DNA of 62,820 nucleotides, counting the filler. It is 3 parts of 3 records of this genome, joined end to end, with 100 filler letters (N's around TTAATTAATTAA, not from the genome) between each part and the next. Parts side by side here need not be neighbours in the genome. Positions count along the whole stretch, not along the records: positions 28,187 to 53,344 come from DRR378314_193; 2 more parts are not named here. One strand, given 5' to 3'. The notes beneath the pieces were generated by a model. The model saw only the letters and a list, made by a program, of their open reading frames with translations, did not search any database and was not told the DNA's origin. How positions within the stretch are numbered: the stretch's first letter is position 1; every line of letters starts with the position of its first letter. Shown here in pieces: positions 28,187 through 39,192 of this stretch. A program made the position numbers and the translations under genes.

Positions 28187-28260
28187 CGCGAAAGGCAAGC
28201 AAAGCTTGCCGGCAGGCTCCCAGAGACCTGCAATAAAAGAAACAGGCACCGATCCGTCCT

Positions 28261-28296
28261 CAGGGAATCGACGGCAAACCCTGCGGCGGTAGCGTG
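28261..28296 (+). promoter_or_regulatory. JUMPstart-like element with RfaH ops site
   Basis: GGCGGTAGCGTG at 28285-28296 matches ops (GGCGGTAGnnTG); preceded by CAGGG...CCCTG inverted repeat; heads a 25-kb co-oriented glycan operon. Confidence 0.88.
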
Positions 28297-28315
28297 CCTG
28301 AACGGGGGACAGATA

Positions 28316-29746
28316 GTGAACGATTCCAATAAGAGTGTGATAAAACACCACGGTGCCGCCACCGGCGTCACCGGCTCATGCCACGAACTGACGCTGAACG
28401 ACAACGCGGGGCTGCTGATCGATTGCGGCCTGTTTCAGGGCGGTGATCGGGGGGCGGACGGCGCCGACGCCGGGCGCCCCGAAATTGAATTCGATATCAG
28501 TCACATCCGGGCCCTGGTGGTCACCCATGTGCATCTCGATCATGTGGGGCGTATTCCCTGGCTGCTGGCCGCCGGCTTTGACGGGCCGATCTATTGCAGC
28601 GAGCCCAGTGCCGAGCTGCTGCCGATTATGCTGGAAGACGCCTTTAAGCTGGCCATAAGCCGCCAGCCGGAAGCGATAAACGGGTACCTGAGCCGGGTAC
28701 AGCGTTTGCTGCGGCCGCTGCCCTTCGGCCAGTGGCACAGTGTTTATCAGGGCGCGGGCAAAGAGGCGGCGATCCGCCTGCGCCGCGCCGGGCATCTCCT
28801 CGGCTCCGCCTATGTGGAGTGTGCCTTGACCGGTGAGGCCCGCGGCAAGGACACCAGGGTGATCTTCAGTGGTGACCTGGGCAACCGGGCGTCGCCGATA
28901 CTGCGGCCACCCGAACAGCCGGACGGCTGTGACATCCTGGTGCTGGAGAGCACCTACGGCGACCGGGAACACGACGACCCGGGCGCCCGCCGTCACCGCC
29001 TGAGGACCCTGATCGAGCGCGCCCTGGTGGACCGGGGCACGGTGCTGATCCCCGCGTTCAGCATTGGTCGCACCCAGGAGCTGCTCTATGAGCTGGAAGA
29101 CCTGATCCACGAGAACCAGGGCAAGGAGGCCGCCGGTGGGCTCCATTGGAACGACCTGCCGGTAATCCTGGATTCGCCCCTGGCCGGCCGGTTCACGCAG
29201 GCCTACAGAGGCCTCCGTGAGCACTGGGACGAACAGGCGCTTGAGCGGGTAGGTCAGGGGCGTGGGCCGCTGGCTTTCGAGCAACTGTTCACGGTGGACG
29301 ACCATGAAACCCACCAGCGCATGGTCGCCCACCTGGCGGACACAGGCCGCCCGGCGGTGGTGATCGCCGCCAGCGGTATGTGCGCCGGCGGGCGCATCGT
29401 CAATTACCTGAAGGCGATGCTGGGCGACCCGCGTCACAATGTACTGTTCGTCGGCTACCAGGCCGCCGGCACCCCCGGCCGGGAACTGCAGACGCAAGGG
29501 CAGGGCGGCCAGGTGGAATTGGACGGCGAGATCCACGAGATAAAGGCTGGTGTCGACACCATCGGCGGCTATTCCGCCCACGCCGACCGCAATGGCCTGA
29601 TCGACTTCGTCACTGGTATGACCCGGTGGCCCCGGGAAATCCGCCTGGTGCACGGCGATGAGCAAGCCAAGCGGGCCCTGGCCACGGAACTCGGGCGCCG
29701 CTATCAAGACAGCGCCCAAAAAGGCAAAATCCTCACATCCCTGTAG
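28316..29746 (+). CDS. MBL-fold metallo-hydrolase, beta-CASP RNase family
   Basis: GVTGSCH, IDCGLFQG, THVHLDHVG, AGHLLGS, FSGDLG, ESTYGDR, SGMCAGGR, YSAHAD, LVHG. Confidence 0.93.
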   Translation: MNDSNKSVIKHHGAATGVTGSCHELTLNDNAGLLIDCGLFQGGDRGADGADAGRPEIEFDISHIRALVVTHVHLDHVGRIPWLLAAGFDGPIYCSEPSAELLPIMLEDAFKLAISRQPEAINGYLSRVQRLLRPLPFGQWHSVYQGAGKEAAIRLRRAGHLLGSAYVECALTGEARGKDTRVIFSGDLGNRASPILRPPEQPDGCDILVLESTYGDREHDDPGARRHRLRTLIERALVDRGTVLIPAFSIGRTQELLYELEDLIHENQGKEAAGGLHWNDLPVILDSPLAGRFTQAYRGLREHWDEQALERVGQGRGPLAFEQLFTVDDHETHQRMVAHLADTGRPAVVIAASGMCAGGRIVNYLKAMLGDPRHNVLFVGYQAAGTPGRELQTQGQGGQVELDGEIHEIKAGVDTIGGYSAHADRNGLIDFVTGMTRWPREIRLVHGDEQAKRALATELGRRYQDSAQKGKILTSL

Positions 29747-29771
29747 GCCGTATTAGTAAGGTAGACAAAGA

Positions 29772-31055
29772 ATGAGTCACCCTTCGTTGGAAGATATCAA
29801 ACTGGCCGTGATCGGCTTGGGCTATGTGGGCCTGCCACTGGCCGCGGAGTTCGGCAAGCACCGCCCGGTGGTGGGCTTTGACGTTAACCGCGACCGTATC
29901 CGCGATCTGCGCGAAGGGCACGATTTTACCCGGGAGCTCAGCGACGCGGAGCTGGCCGCCTCGGAGGGCCTGGCGTTCAGCGACGATCCGGCGTCCCTGG
30001 ACGGCTGTAACGTCTACATCGTCACCGTGCCCACCCCTATCGACGAGCACCGCCAGCCCGACCTGACGCCGCTGATCAGGGCGTCCGAGACCATCGGCAA
30101 GACCCTCAAGCCCGGCAATATCGTGATTTACGAGTCCACGGTATTCCCCGGCGCCACCGAGGAGCACTGCGTGCCGGTGCTGGAGCGCGTCTCCGGCCTC
30201 ACCTTCAACCAGGACTTCTACGCCGGCTACAGCCCGGAGCGCATTAACCCGGGCGATAAGCTCCACCGCGTCACCGACATCATGAAGGTCACCGCCGGCT
30301 CCACCCCGGAAGTGGCGGACACCGTGGACCGTCTCTATGCCTCCGTGATCACCGCCGGCACCCACCGGGCTTCCAGCATCAAGGTGGCGGAAGCCGCCAA
30401 GGTGATCGAAAACACCCAGCGAGACCTGAACATCGCCCTGGTCAACGAACTGGCGATGATCTTCAAGCGCATGAACATCGACACCCAGGAAGTACTGGAA
30501 GCCGCCGGCACCAAGTGGAACTTCCTGCCGTTCCGCCCCGGCCTGGTGGGCGGTCACTGCATCGGCGTGGACCCTTACTACCTGACCCATAAAGCCCAGG
30601 CGGTGGGTTACCACCCCGAAGTGATCCTCTCGGGGCGGCGTATCAACGACGGCATGGGCCGTTTCGTGGCCAGCGAGCTGGTCAAGGCCATGCTGGACCG
30701 CTGCATCCAGGTCAACGGCGCCCGGGTACTGGTGATGGGCCTGACCTTCAAGGAGAACTGCCCGGACCTGCGCAACACCCGCGTGATCGATGTGATCCGC
30801 GAGCTTCAGGACTACAACGTCACCGTCGACGTCTACGACCCCTGGATCAACCCGGACGAGGCCTACCGGGAGTACGGCATTCAGCCCATTGAGAAGCCAC
30901 AGGTGGCCAGCTATGACGGTGTCGTCCTGGCCGTGGCCCACAATGAATTCAAGGCCATGGCCACCAGCGAAATCCGCCAGCTGGGCCGCGATCCACACGT
31001 TCTCTACGACTTGAAGTACGTTTTACCCAAAGAAGCCGTCGACCTCCGCCTCTGA
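29772..31055 (+). CDS. tviB: UDP-N-acetylhexosamine C6 dehydrogenase (TviB/WbpO/Gna family)
   Basis: [48 protein letters not shown]. Confidence 0.92.
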   Translation: MSHPSLEDIKLAVIGLGYVGLPLAAEFGKHRPVVGFDVNRDRIRDLREGHDFTRELSDAELAASEGLAFSDDPASLDGCNVYIVTVPTPIDEHRQPDLTPLIRASETIGKTLKPGNIVIYESTVFPGATEEHCVPVLERVSGLTFNQDFYAGYSPERINPGDKLHRVTDIMKVTAGSTPEVADTVDRLYASVITAGTHRASSIKVAEAAKVIENTQRDLNIALVNELAMIFKRMNIDTQEVLEAAGTKWNFLPFRPGLVGGHCIGVDPYYLTHKAQAVGYHPEVILSGRRINDGMGRFVASELVKAMLDRCIQVNGARVLVMGLTFKENCPDLRNTRVIDVIRELQDYNVTVDVYDPWINPDEAYREYGIQPIEKPQVASYDGVVLAVAHNEFKAMATSEIRQLGRDPHVLYDLKYVLPKEAVDLRL

Positions 31056-31100
31056 TACCATTCGTGTATTCCTTTACCGTTCTTTCTGTAGAGAGCTTCC

Positions 31101-31685
31101 ATGGATTATCAGGTTCACGAAAGCGCCATCGTCGATGAAGGCGCGCAAATCGGCAGTGGTTCGCGGGTGTGGCACTTCGTTCATGTCTGCGGCGGCGCCC
31201 GGGTCGGGCGCAACGTCTCCATGGGCCAGAACGTCTTCGTGGGCAACAGGGTCACCATCGGCGACAACTGCAAGATCCAGAACAACGTTTCGGTGTACGA
31301 CAACGTCCACCTGGAAGAGGGCGTGTTCTGCGGCCCCAGCATGGTGTTCACCAACGTCTACAACCCCCGCTCCCTGATCGAGCGTAAGGATGAATACCGC
31401 GATACCCTGGTGAAACGGGGCGCCACCCTGGGCGCCAATTGCACCATCGTCTGTGGCGTGACCATCGGCGCCTACGCCTTCGTTGGCGCCGGCGCCGTGG
31501 TCAACAAGGACGTGCCCGATTACGCCCTGATCGTGGGCGTGCCCGGCAAACAGATCGGCTGGATGAGCGAGTTCGGCGAGCAACTGGATCTGCCGCTCAG
31601 CGGCGAGGGCAGGGCGGTGTGCGAGCACACCGGGGCGGTCTACACCCTGAGCGGACAAAGCCTGCGCAAGAGCGAGGACGCCTGA
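31101..31685 (+). CDS. wbpD: UDP-2-acetamido-3-amino-2,3-dideoxy-glucuronate N-acetyltransferase (WbpD/WlbB)
   Basis: Hexapeptide repeats; [31 protein letters not shown]. Confidence 0.9.
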   Translation: MDYQVHESAIVDEGAQIGSGSRVWHFVHVCGGARVGRNVSMGQNVFVGNRVTIGDNCKIQNNVSVYDNVHLEEGVFCGPSMVFTNVYNPRSLIERKDEYRDTLVKRGATLGANCTIVCGVTIGAYAFVGAGAVVNKDVPDYALIVGVPGKQIGWMSEFGEQLDLPLSGEGRAVCEHTGAVYTLSGQSLRKSEDA

Positions 31686-32801
31686 ATGCAGTTCATTGAC
31701 CTCGCCGCCCAGCAGGCACGCATCAAAGACGCCATCGACGAGCGCATCCAACGCGTATTGGCCCACGGCCAGTACATCAAGGGCCCGGAAGTCGGCGAAC
31801 TGGAAGAGAAGCTGGCGGCTTTCACCGGCGCCAAGCACTGCATCGGCGTGGCCAACGGCACCGATGCCCTGCAGATCGCCCTGATGGCGGCGGGTGTGGG
31901 CCCCGGCGACGAAGTGATCACCCCCGGCTTCACCTTTATCGCCACCGCCGAGGCGGTGGCCGTGGTCGGCGCCAGGCCGGTCTATATCGACATCGACGAG
32001 AAGACCTACAACCTGGACCCCGGCCAGCTCGAGAGCCTGATCACGCCTAACACCAAGGCTATCATTCCGGTGTCGCTGTACGGCCAATGCGCGGACTTCG
32101 ACACCATCAACGCCATCGCCGGGCGGCACGGGCTGACCGTCATTGAAGACGCCGCCCAGAGTCTTGGGGCCAGCTACAAGGGCCGGCGTTCCGGGAATCT
32201 GAGCCGGATCGCCACCACCTCGTTTTTCCCCAGCAAGCCCCTGGGCGGTTACGGGGACGGCGGCGCCGTCTTCACCAGCGACGACGCCCTGGCCGAGCAG
32301 ATCCGCCAGATAGCCAACCACGGCCAGGACCGCCGCTATCACCACGCCCGCATCGGCCTCAACAGCCGCCTGGACACGCTCCAGGCGGCCATCCTGCTGC
32401 CCAAGCTGGAGATCTTCGAAGACGAGCTGGCCAGGCGCAACCAGGTTGCCGCCCGCTACACCGAGTTACTCTCTGGGAGCGATGGTTTTTGTGCGAGCGG
32501 GCCCCGCCCGCAAATTGTTCCTCCTTACATAGCACCCGATAACGTAAGCGCCTGGGCCCAATACACCGTTCGCGTACCCAACCGCGAACAGGCCCAGGAA
32601 ACGCTCAAGGCGGCCGGTATTCCTACCGCCGTGCATTACCCGATCCCCCTCAACCGCCAGCCGGCGGTGGAGGATCTGGACGCGAACCTGCCGGTGGGTG
32701 ACAAGCTCTCTCAGGAAGTCATGAGCGTGCCCTTACACCCCTACCTGACCGAGGAGCAGATCGGCCGGGTGGTCAGCGCGCTGGTAGATAGCCAGGCATG
32801 A
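31686..32801 (+). CDS. wbpE: DegT-family aminotransferase (WbpE/WlbC-like)
   Basis: MQFIDL, ANGTDALQIAL, EDAAQS, SFFPSKPLGGYGDGG, NSRLDTLQAA. Confidence 0.9.
   Translation: MQFIDLAAQQARIKDAIDERIQRVLAHGQYIKGPEVGELEEKLAAFTGAKHCIGVANGTDALQIALMAAGVGPGDEVITPGFTFIATAEAVAVVGARPVYIDIDEKTYNLDPGQLESLITPNTKAIIPVSLYGQCADFDTINAIAGRHGLTVIEDAAQSLGASYKGRRSGNLSRIATTSFFPSKPLGGYGDGGAVFTSDDALAEQIRQIANHGQDRRYHHARIGLNSRLDTLQAAILLPKLEIFEDELARRNQVAARYTELLSGSDGFCASGPRPQIVPPYIAPDNVSAWAQYTVRVPNREQAQETLKAAGIPTAVHYPIPLNRQPAVEDLDANLPVGDKLSQEVMSVPLHPYLTEEQIGRVVSALVDSQA
32489..32513 (+). repeat. REP-like copy embedded in frame in the aminotransferase gene
   Basis: TTGTGCGAGCGGGCCCCGCCCGCAA, 23/25 identical to 28062-28086. 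Confidence 0.7.
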
Positions 32802-33943
32802 AAGTCGCCCACGTCTGCCTGTCCAATTACTACATGGATGACCGGGCCTATCAGGAAAACGAACTGGTGGAGGAACACATCCGGCAGGGGCATGAGGTGC
32901 TGGTGATCGCGTCGACGCAGATTTTCACTACGGATCGGCGTCGTGAGTTCGTGGAGCCGGGCCGTTACCGATGCGATCAAGGCATAGAAGTAATCCGTTT
33001 GCCCTACCACCCTTGGATGCCTCGCATCGTCGCTAAAAGTTTGCGTCCCCACGAAGGGGTCTACAGGCTGTTGACGGAATTTGCGCCTGACTCAATTCTG
33101 TTCCACGGCATGTGTGGCTGGGAGCTGATCAACGTCAGCCGCTACAAAAAAGCTCACCCGGAAGTGAAGTTCTATGTGGATACCCACACGGACTTTATTA
33201 ACAGCGCCCGGGGCCCGGTTTCAAAGTGGGGTCTGCATTACTTGTATTACCGGCCCATCGTGCACTGGTGCCTGCCCTGGATCGATAAAATTCTCTATAT
33301 TTCGGCACTGACCGGGAAATTCGCCCGGGAGTTTTACGGTGTCCCGGATGAGAAGCTGGAGTTCTACCCATTGGGCGGGCATCCAGTCGAGGATGATGAA
33401 TACTATACTCTTAGAGAATACTCCCGCAGGGGCCTTGGGCTGTCCGACGATCAAGTATTGTTCGTGCAATCCGGTAAACAGTCTGCAGCGAAGAAGCTCC
33501 TGGACACTCTGAAGGCGTTCACAGGCAATCCGGATCCGCGTTTCCGGCTGGTGTTGGCTGGCTCCTTACTGGATGACATCCGTCAGCAGGCTCAGTCGCT
33601 CATAGACGCGGACGACCGGATACAATTCCTTGGATGGCAGACGCCAAAAGATCTTAGAGCCTTGCTCTGTGGGGCGGATGTGTACCTCCAGCCCGGTAGT
33701 CAGTCCTCCACAATGCAGACCAGTCTGTGCTGCCGCTGCGTACCGGTACTCGAGAATATTGAAGGTCACGGGATTTACACCGAATACAATGGCTGGTTGG
33801 TGGACGGGCAGGACGATATATCTTCAGTACTAGCGAAAATTAGCTCGAGAGTCGTCAATCTCCAGGCTATGGCTGACGAGTCCGAGAAACTGGCCAGGGA
33901 AATGTTGGACTACGCGGTATTAGCCCGTCGTCTGGTTCATTAG
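32798..33943 (+). CDS. Glycosyltransferase family 4 (GT-B)
   Basis: GHEVLVI, GKQSAAKK, IQFLGW, ADVYLQPG; operon context. Confidence 0.8.
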   Translation: MKVAHVCLSNYYMDDRAYQENELVEEHIRQGHEVLVIASTQIFTTDRRREFVEPGRYRCDQGIEVIRLPYHPWMPRIVAKSLRPHEGVYRLLTEFAPDSILFHGMCGWELINVSRYKKAHPEVKFYVDTHTDFINSARGPVSKWGLHYLYYRPIVHWCLPWIDKILYISALTGKFAREFYGVPDEKLEFYPLGGHPVEDDEYYTLREYSRRGLGLSDDQVLFVQSGKQSAAKKLLDTLKAFTGNPDPRFRLVLAGSLLDDIRQQAQSLIDADDRIQFLGWQTPKDLRALLCGADVYLQPGSQSSTMQTSLCCRCVPVLENIEGHGIYTEYNGWLVDGQDDISSVLAKISSRVVNLQAMADESEKLAREMLDYAVLARRLVH

Positions 33944-33957
33944 GAGCGTTTCACTGA

Positions 33958-34971
33958 ATGACGCAATACGAGCAGATAAAAGAGCGCCTCAAAGGAGCGC
34001 CGAAAACCTGGTTAATCACCGGCGTGGCAGGCTTCATCGGTTCCAACCTACTGGAAACACTTCTCAGTCTGGATCAGACTGTTGTTGGTTTGGATAGCTT
34101 CGCCACCGGCCATCAGTACAACCTGGACGAAGTCCAAACCTTTGTTACCGACGAACAATGGAGTCGCTTTCGTTTCATTGAGGGCGATATCCGAAATCTC
34201 GAAGATTGCCGTCAAGCCGTAAGGGGGACAGATTACGTTCTCCATCAGGCCGCCCTGGGCTCGGTGCCGCGCTCAATCGAAGATCCCATCGCCACAAATC
34301 AAGCCAATATCGACGGCTTTCTGAACATGCTGCTCGCTGCAAAAGACGAGCAAGTCAGGAGCTTCACTTACGCGGCCTCCAGCTCCACCTACGGGGATCA
34401 TCCGGAGCTGCCCAAGATAGAAGAAAAGATTGGCAAGCCGCTGTCTCCTTATGCAGTCACCAAATATGTGAATGAGCTATACGCGAGTGTATTTGCCCGC
34501 AACTACGATTTCAGGGCCATCGGACTTCGCTATTTCAATGTGTTCGGGCCGCGCCAAGATCCCAACGGCGCCTATGCTGCGGTAATCCCAAAGTGGACTA
34601 CCTCAATGATTCGGGGAGAGCCGGTTTACATAAATGGCGATGGTGAAACCAGCCGTGATTTCTGCTTTGTGGCTAATGCGGTTCAAGCAAATGTGTTGGC
34701 CGCAACCGCATTGGAGGAAGCAAAAGACGAAGTATACAATGTCGCGCTAAGTGCTCGGACTACGCTAAACGATCTATTCACCGCGATTCGTGAACAGCTG
34801 GACGATCTAGGGATTGGGGGAACACGTCAGCCGGAGTACCGAGATTTTCGTCCCGGCGATGTTCGTCATTCCCAGGCAGATATTAACAAGGCAAAGCAAT
34901 ACCTAGGCTACGTGCCATCGCATACCGTTACCCAGGGATTAGCGGCTGCCATGCCTTGGTATGTTCAGTGA
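33958..34971 (+). CDS. tviC: UDP-GlcNAc(A) C4 epimerase (TviC/WbpP)
   Basis: [50 protein letters not shown]. Confidence 0.92.
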   Translation: MTQYEQIKERLKGAPKTWLITGVAGFIGSNLLETLLSLDQTVVGLDSFATGHQYNLDEVQTFVTDEQWSRFRFIEGDIRNLEDCRQAVRGTDYVLHQAALGSVPRSIEDPIATNQANIDGFLNMLLAAKDEQVRSFTYAASSSTYGDHPELPKIEEKIGKPLSPYAVTKYVNELYASVFARNYDFRAIGLRYFNVFGPRQDPNGAYAAVIPKWTTSMIRGEPVYINGDGETSRDFCFVANAVQANVLAATALEEAKDEVYNVALSARTTLNDLFTAIREQLDDLGIGGTRQPEYRDFRPGDVRHSQADINKAKQYLGYVPSHTVTQGLAAAMPWYVQ

Positions 34972-35007
34972 CTTTATGAGTTTGTCGCTGCAATAGAAAC
35001 GATTTGA

Positions 35008-35970
<963 letters not shown>

Positions 35971-36023
35971 AGGTCGCAGGTTCGCCAGTGTTATTTACTG
36001 GTGCGTTTAGAGGTTTTAATAAA

Positions 36024-37229
36024 ATGTCGCTATTTTCAAAGTGGCGCTCGCTTGCGACAAAGATCCTTAAAGCTTGCTTGCTTCCGGACACCTGGAAGAA
36101 GCTGCCAGAAAGTAAGGTTTTGCTGATTGGCCACGAGCATCATTATAACTTTTATGCTTCTGATAAGTTGTATAGCCCGATTTTGGGATCTCTTTTTTAT
36201 CGTTACAAAAAAGATGGTTTGAGCGTTTCGATAATCCTAAAGCCATTCAGTACCTTGCTGCCATCTCATGCATGGGAGCCACACTATAATTACAATAGGA
36301 CCTATTGTCTGGCTTTGCCTTTTGTTTTCCTCGGTAAATTTTTTGGGCTTTTCAGTGATCTGGTTGAAAGGCGCCGCGTAGTTTTTTGGCGAAAAGTGTT
36401 TATTAAAACGTCCGCGGAAAAGGTGTTGGTCATTCAGCCGGACAAATACATGTGCCGCGCTGCTAGGAGCTTGGGGGTTTTTATCGCTGATGTTCAGCAT
36501 GGGGTCATCAGTGATATGCACTTATGGTATGGCGAAAAATACAATATCGGAATAGACGCCAACGACTTGCCTTGCCAGTACTGGGTTTGGGATGACGTAT
36601 CACGACAGACGATAGAAAAATGGGCAAAAAAAAAGGGTATAGATGTTGTAAAGAAAGGCCATCTTTGGGTTGAGAGGTTCAAGTCACCGAGCCCCGATGA
36701 TCAGATTGTGCTTGATGCGATCAAACAAGCTCCTGAGCGAGATGCAAATAAACCCTCAATACTGATTACTCTTCAGTGGGATCTGAACCGTTATGCTTCC
36801 GGCTCCGAATTTAACGGATTCATGCATCAGCAACTTGAGGATTATATTTTTGAGACATCGGGTAAGTATAATTGGCTCATCAGGTTACATCCCGTCCATC
36901 TGTACTCGGAAAGAAAACGTGCCAGTCTAGAGTATTTAAAAAGGTTCGAGGGCCAACCTTCTATCGACTGGAGCGCGTCAACGTTCTGTGCATTACCTGC
37001 TCTTTTAAGTGTGATTGATTTGCATATCACATTTAGCTCGAGTGTGGTCATAGAGGCTGAATGGTTCGGAGTAAGAAGCGCGATTCTAGATGTGGAGATG
37101 GCGACTGGTGGCTGTCGTGATGAATTTTATAAGTCGCAAAGGGATAATGGTATTGCTTGCGTCGTAGATCCAATTAAGGGCGATATCGAAAACTGGATTG
37201 CCCAGAATTTGGAGAAGCGCTATAGCTGA
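36024..37229 (+). CDS. Hypothetical GT-B-like protein, candidate nonulosonic acid transferase
   Basis: AT-rich ORF; DVQHGVI, IRLHP, SSVVIEA motifs seen in CMP/CDP-sugar-using GT-B enzymes; start uncertain. Confidence 0.6.
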   Translation: MSLFSKWRSLATKILKACLLPDTWKKLPESKVLLIGHEHHYNFYASDKLYSPILGSLFYRYKKDGLSVSIILKPFSTLLPSHAWEPHYNYNRTYCLALPFVFLGKFFGLFSDLVERRRVVFWRKVFIKTSAEKVLVIQPDKYMCRAARSLGVFIADVQHGVISDMHLWYGEKYNIGIDANDLPCQYWVWDDVSRQTIEKWAKKKGIDVVKKGHLWVERFKSPSPDDQIVLDAIKQAPERDANKPSILITLQWDLNRYASGSEFNGFMHQQLEDYIFETSGKYNWLIRLHPVHLYSERKRASLEYLKRFEGQPSIDWSASTFCALPALLSVIDLHITFSSSVVIEAEWFGVRSAILDVEMATGGCRDEFYKSQRDNGIACVVDPIKGDIENWIAQNLEKRYS

Positions 37230-37354
37230 TATATTTACCCATCATCGAACCTTATGTATGCAGCGGCCCTGACATCGTATGCTTTGATGTCGGGATCAAC
37301 GGTCGATAGAGCTGCATACGACAAATAACTGTGAAGTAACTTAATGAGACTGAA

Positions 37355-39160
37355 ATGTTGAGGCAACTAAAAAACCTTTATGAGTTGCTCTCTAAAGGTC
37401 AGCGGGAAAAACTTTTGCGGCTCCAAGTGCTGGTGGTTTTAATGTCCTTCGCCGAGATTGCCGGAGTAGCCGCGATCGGACCTTTCATGGCTCTTGTAGG
37501 CGACATGAATCAACTTCAAGGCGATGGTGTTATAGCCCAACTTTACCAAGTGAGTGGTTTAAACGAACCTCGAGCATTCCTGTTCTGGTTGGGCGTCGGC
37601 GTGTTGATTGTGCTTACAATGTCAGCTGCAATCTCCATGTTTACCATTTGGCGCTTATCTACGTATGGCGCTCGAGTTGGGGCGGAACTCAGCAGTCGTC
37701 TTTTTCGTCACTACATGCATCAGCCCTGGCTGTTTCATGCCGGCGGCAGCAGTAGCCAGCTCACAAATCAAATTGCCCAGGAGTGCCAGAGAGTAACAGT
37801 AGCGGTCATCAATCCATTGATGCAAATGAATGCTAAGCTTGTTATGGCTTCACTTATGGCGATAGCTGTTTTTGTTTATAACCCTCTGGTTGCCCTTGTG
37901 GGACTCAGTGTATTTGCGATTGCCTACTTGTTTCTCTATCGCACGGTGCGTCGACGTTTGGTTCGCAACGGCCAGACGATTACGCAGGCTCAGCGCCAGC
38001 GCTTTAAATTGATGGGCGAGGGATTTGGTGGCATTAAAGATGCCCTGTTACTTGGCCGCCAGGACATTTTTACGCAACGTTTTGATAGGGCCAGCGGGGA
38101 TTTCGCGAAGGCACAAGGCACAACCCAGGCAATGGGACAGGTGCCACGCTACGCAATGGAATTGGTTGCGTTTGGCAGTGTTATATTTTTAATTCTTTAT
38201 CTTCTGTCTACCCACGAGGGTAATCTGGGCACTATCTTACCGGTCCTTTCAGTCTATGCGCTGGCGGGCTTTAAGATGCTCCCTGCTTTTCAACAGGTGT
38301 ATACCAGCGTTTCTCAGATCCGCGGAAATCTGGCCTCTTTCGAAGCGCTACGTGATGATTTGCGGGCAAGCGCGGTTATGGACGGAGGGGAGAATGAACC
38401 GGTCGCTCCGGTTGAGTATCGTTGGACTGCAAAGCACGCCATAAGGCTTGATAATGTCCGGTTCACTTATCCCGGCAAGCTCGAACCGGCCCTGGACGGC
38501 TTGAGTATCGATATACCGATAAATAAAGTCATAGGCCTAGTGGGTGCTTCTGGTTCCGGGAAATCTACGGCGATTGATCTGCTAATGGGATTGATTTCGC
38601 CCTGCCAAGGGAGCCTCTTGATAGACGGCGTGCCGGTAACTGATAAGACACGCCGCGCTTGGCAAAATAGCTTAGGTTTCGTACCGCAGAGCATTTTTTT
38701 GGCGGACAGCAGTATTCGCGAGAATATAGGGTTCGGTTTGCCCTTGGAGGCTATCGATGAGAAAAGGATAAAACGTGCCGCAAGCATGGCCCATTTAGAT
38801 GAATTGTTAGATGAATTACCAGACGGCTTGAACACACGTGTGGGCGAACGTGGCGTTCAGCTTTCTGGTGGCCAGCGTCAACGAATTGGTATTGCAAGGG
38901 CCCTATATCATGACGCGGATGTACTCATCCTTGATGAAGCGACTAGTGCCTTGGACGGCATCACTGAAAAGCTGATTATGGATGCTATTCATGATTTTTC
39001 AGGTAAAAAGACCATCATTATGATTGCTCATCGCCTCGCAACGGTAAAGCAATGTGACTCAATTTACCTCCTCGCGAATGGCCATGTGGTGGATAAAGGT
39101 AATTATTTCGATCTAGAAAAGAATAACAAAATGTTCCAGCGTATGGCGGACCATGCTTAG
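37355..39160 (+). CDS. ABC transporter permease/ATPase (PglK/MsbA-like glycan flippase)
   Basis: N-terminal TM domain, GASGSGKST, LSGGQRQR, LILDEATSALD, IAHRL. Confidence 0.92.
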   Translation: MLRQLKNLYELLSKGQREKLLRLQVLVVLMSFAEIAGVAAIGPFMALVGDMNQLQGDGVIAQLYQVSGLNEPRAFLFWLGVGVLIVLTMSAAISMFTIWRLSTYGARVGAELSSRLFRHYMHQPWLFHAGGSSSQLTNQIAQECQRVTVAVINPLMQMNAKLVMASLMAIAVFVYNPLVALVGLSVFAIAYLFLYRTVRRRLVRNGQTITQAQRQRFKLMGEGFGGIKDALLLGRQDIFTQRFDRASGDFAKAQGTTQAMGQVPRYAMELVAFGSVIFLILYLLSTHEGNLGTILPVLSVYALAGFKMLPAFQQVYTSVSQIRGNLASFEALRDDLRASAVMDGGENEPVAPVEYRWTAKHAIRLDNVRFTYPGKLEPALDGLSIDIPINKVIGLVGASGSGKSTAIDLLMGLISPCQGSLLIDGVPVTDKTRRAWQNSLGFVPQSIFLADSSIRENIGFGLPLEAIDEKRIKRAASMAHLDELLDELPDGLNTRVGERGVQLSGGQRQRIGIARALYHDADVLILDEATSALDGITEKLIMDAIHDFSGKKTIIMIAHRLATVKQCDSIYLLANGHVVDKGNYFDLEKNNKMFQRMADHA

Positions 39161-39192
39161 TGTTTATTTCGCATTAGTGTCGAGTTTAAGTT

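Noticed and set aside
37268-37294. Hairpin CCTGACATC...GATGTCGGG as a terminator
   Set aside because: No U-tract, and it lies inside a co-oriented operon; may be a processing or stability stem but unsupported
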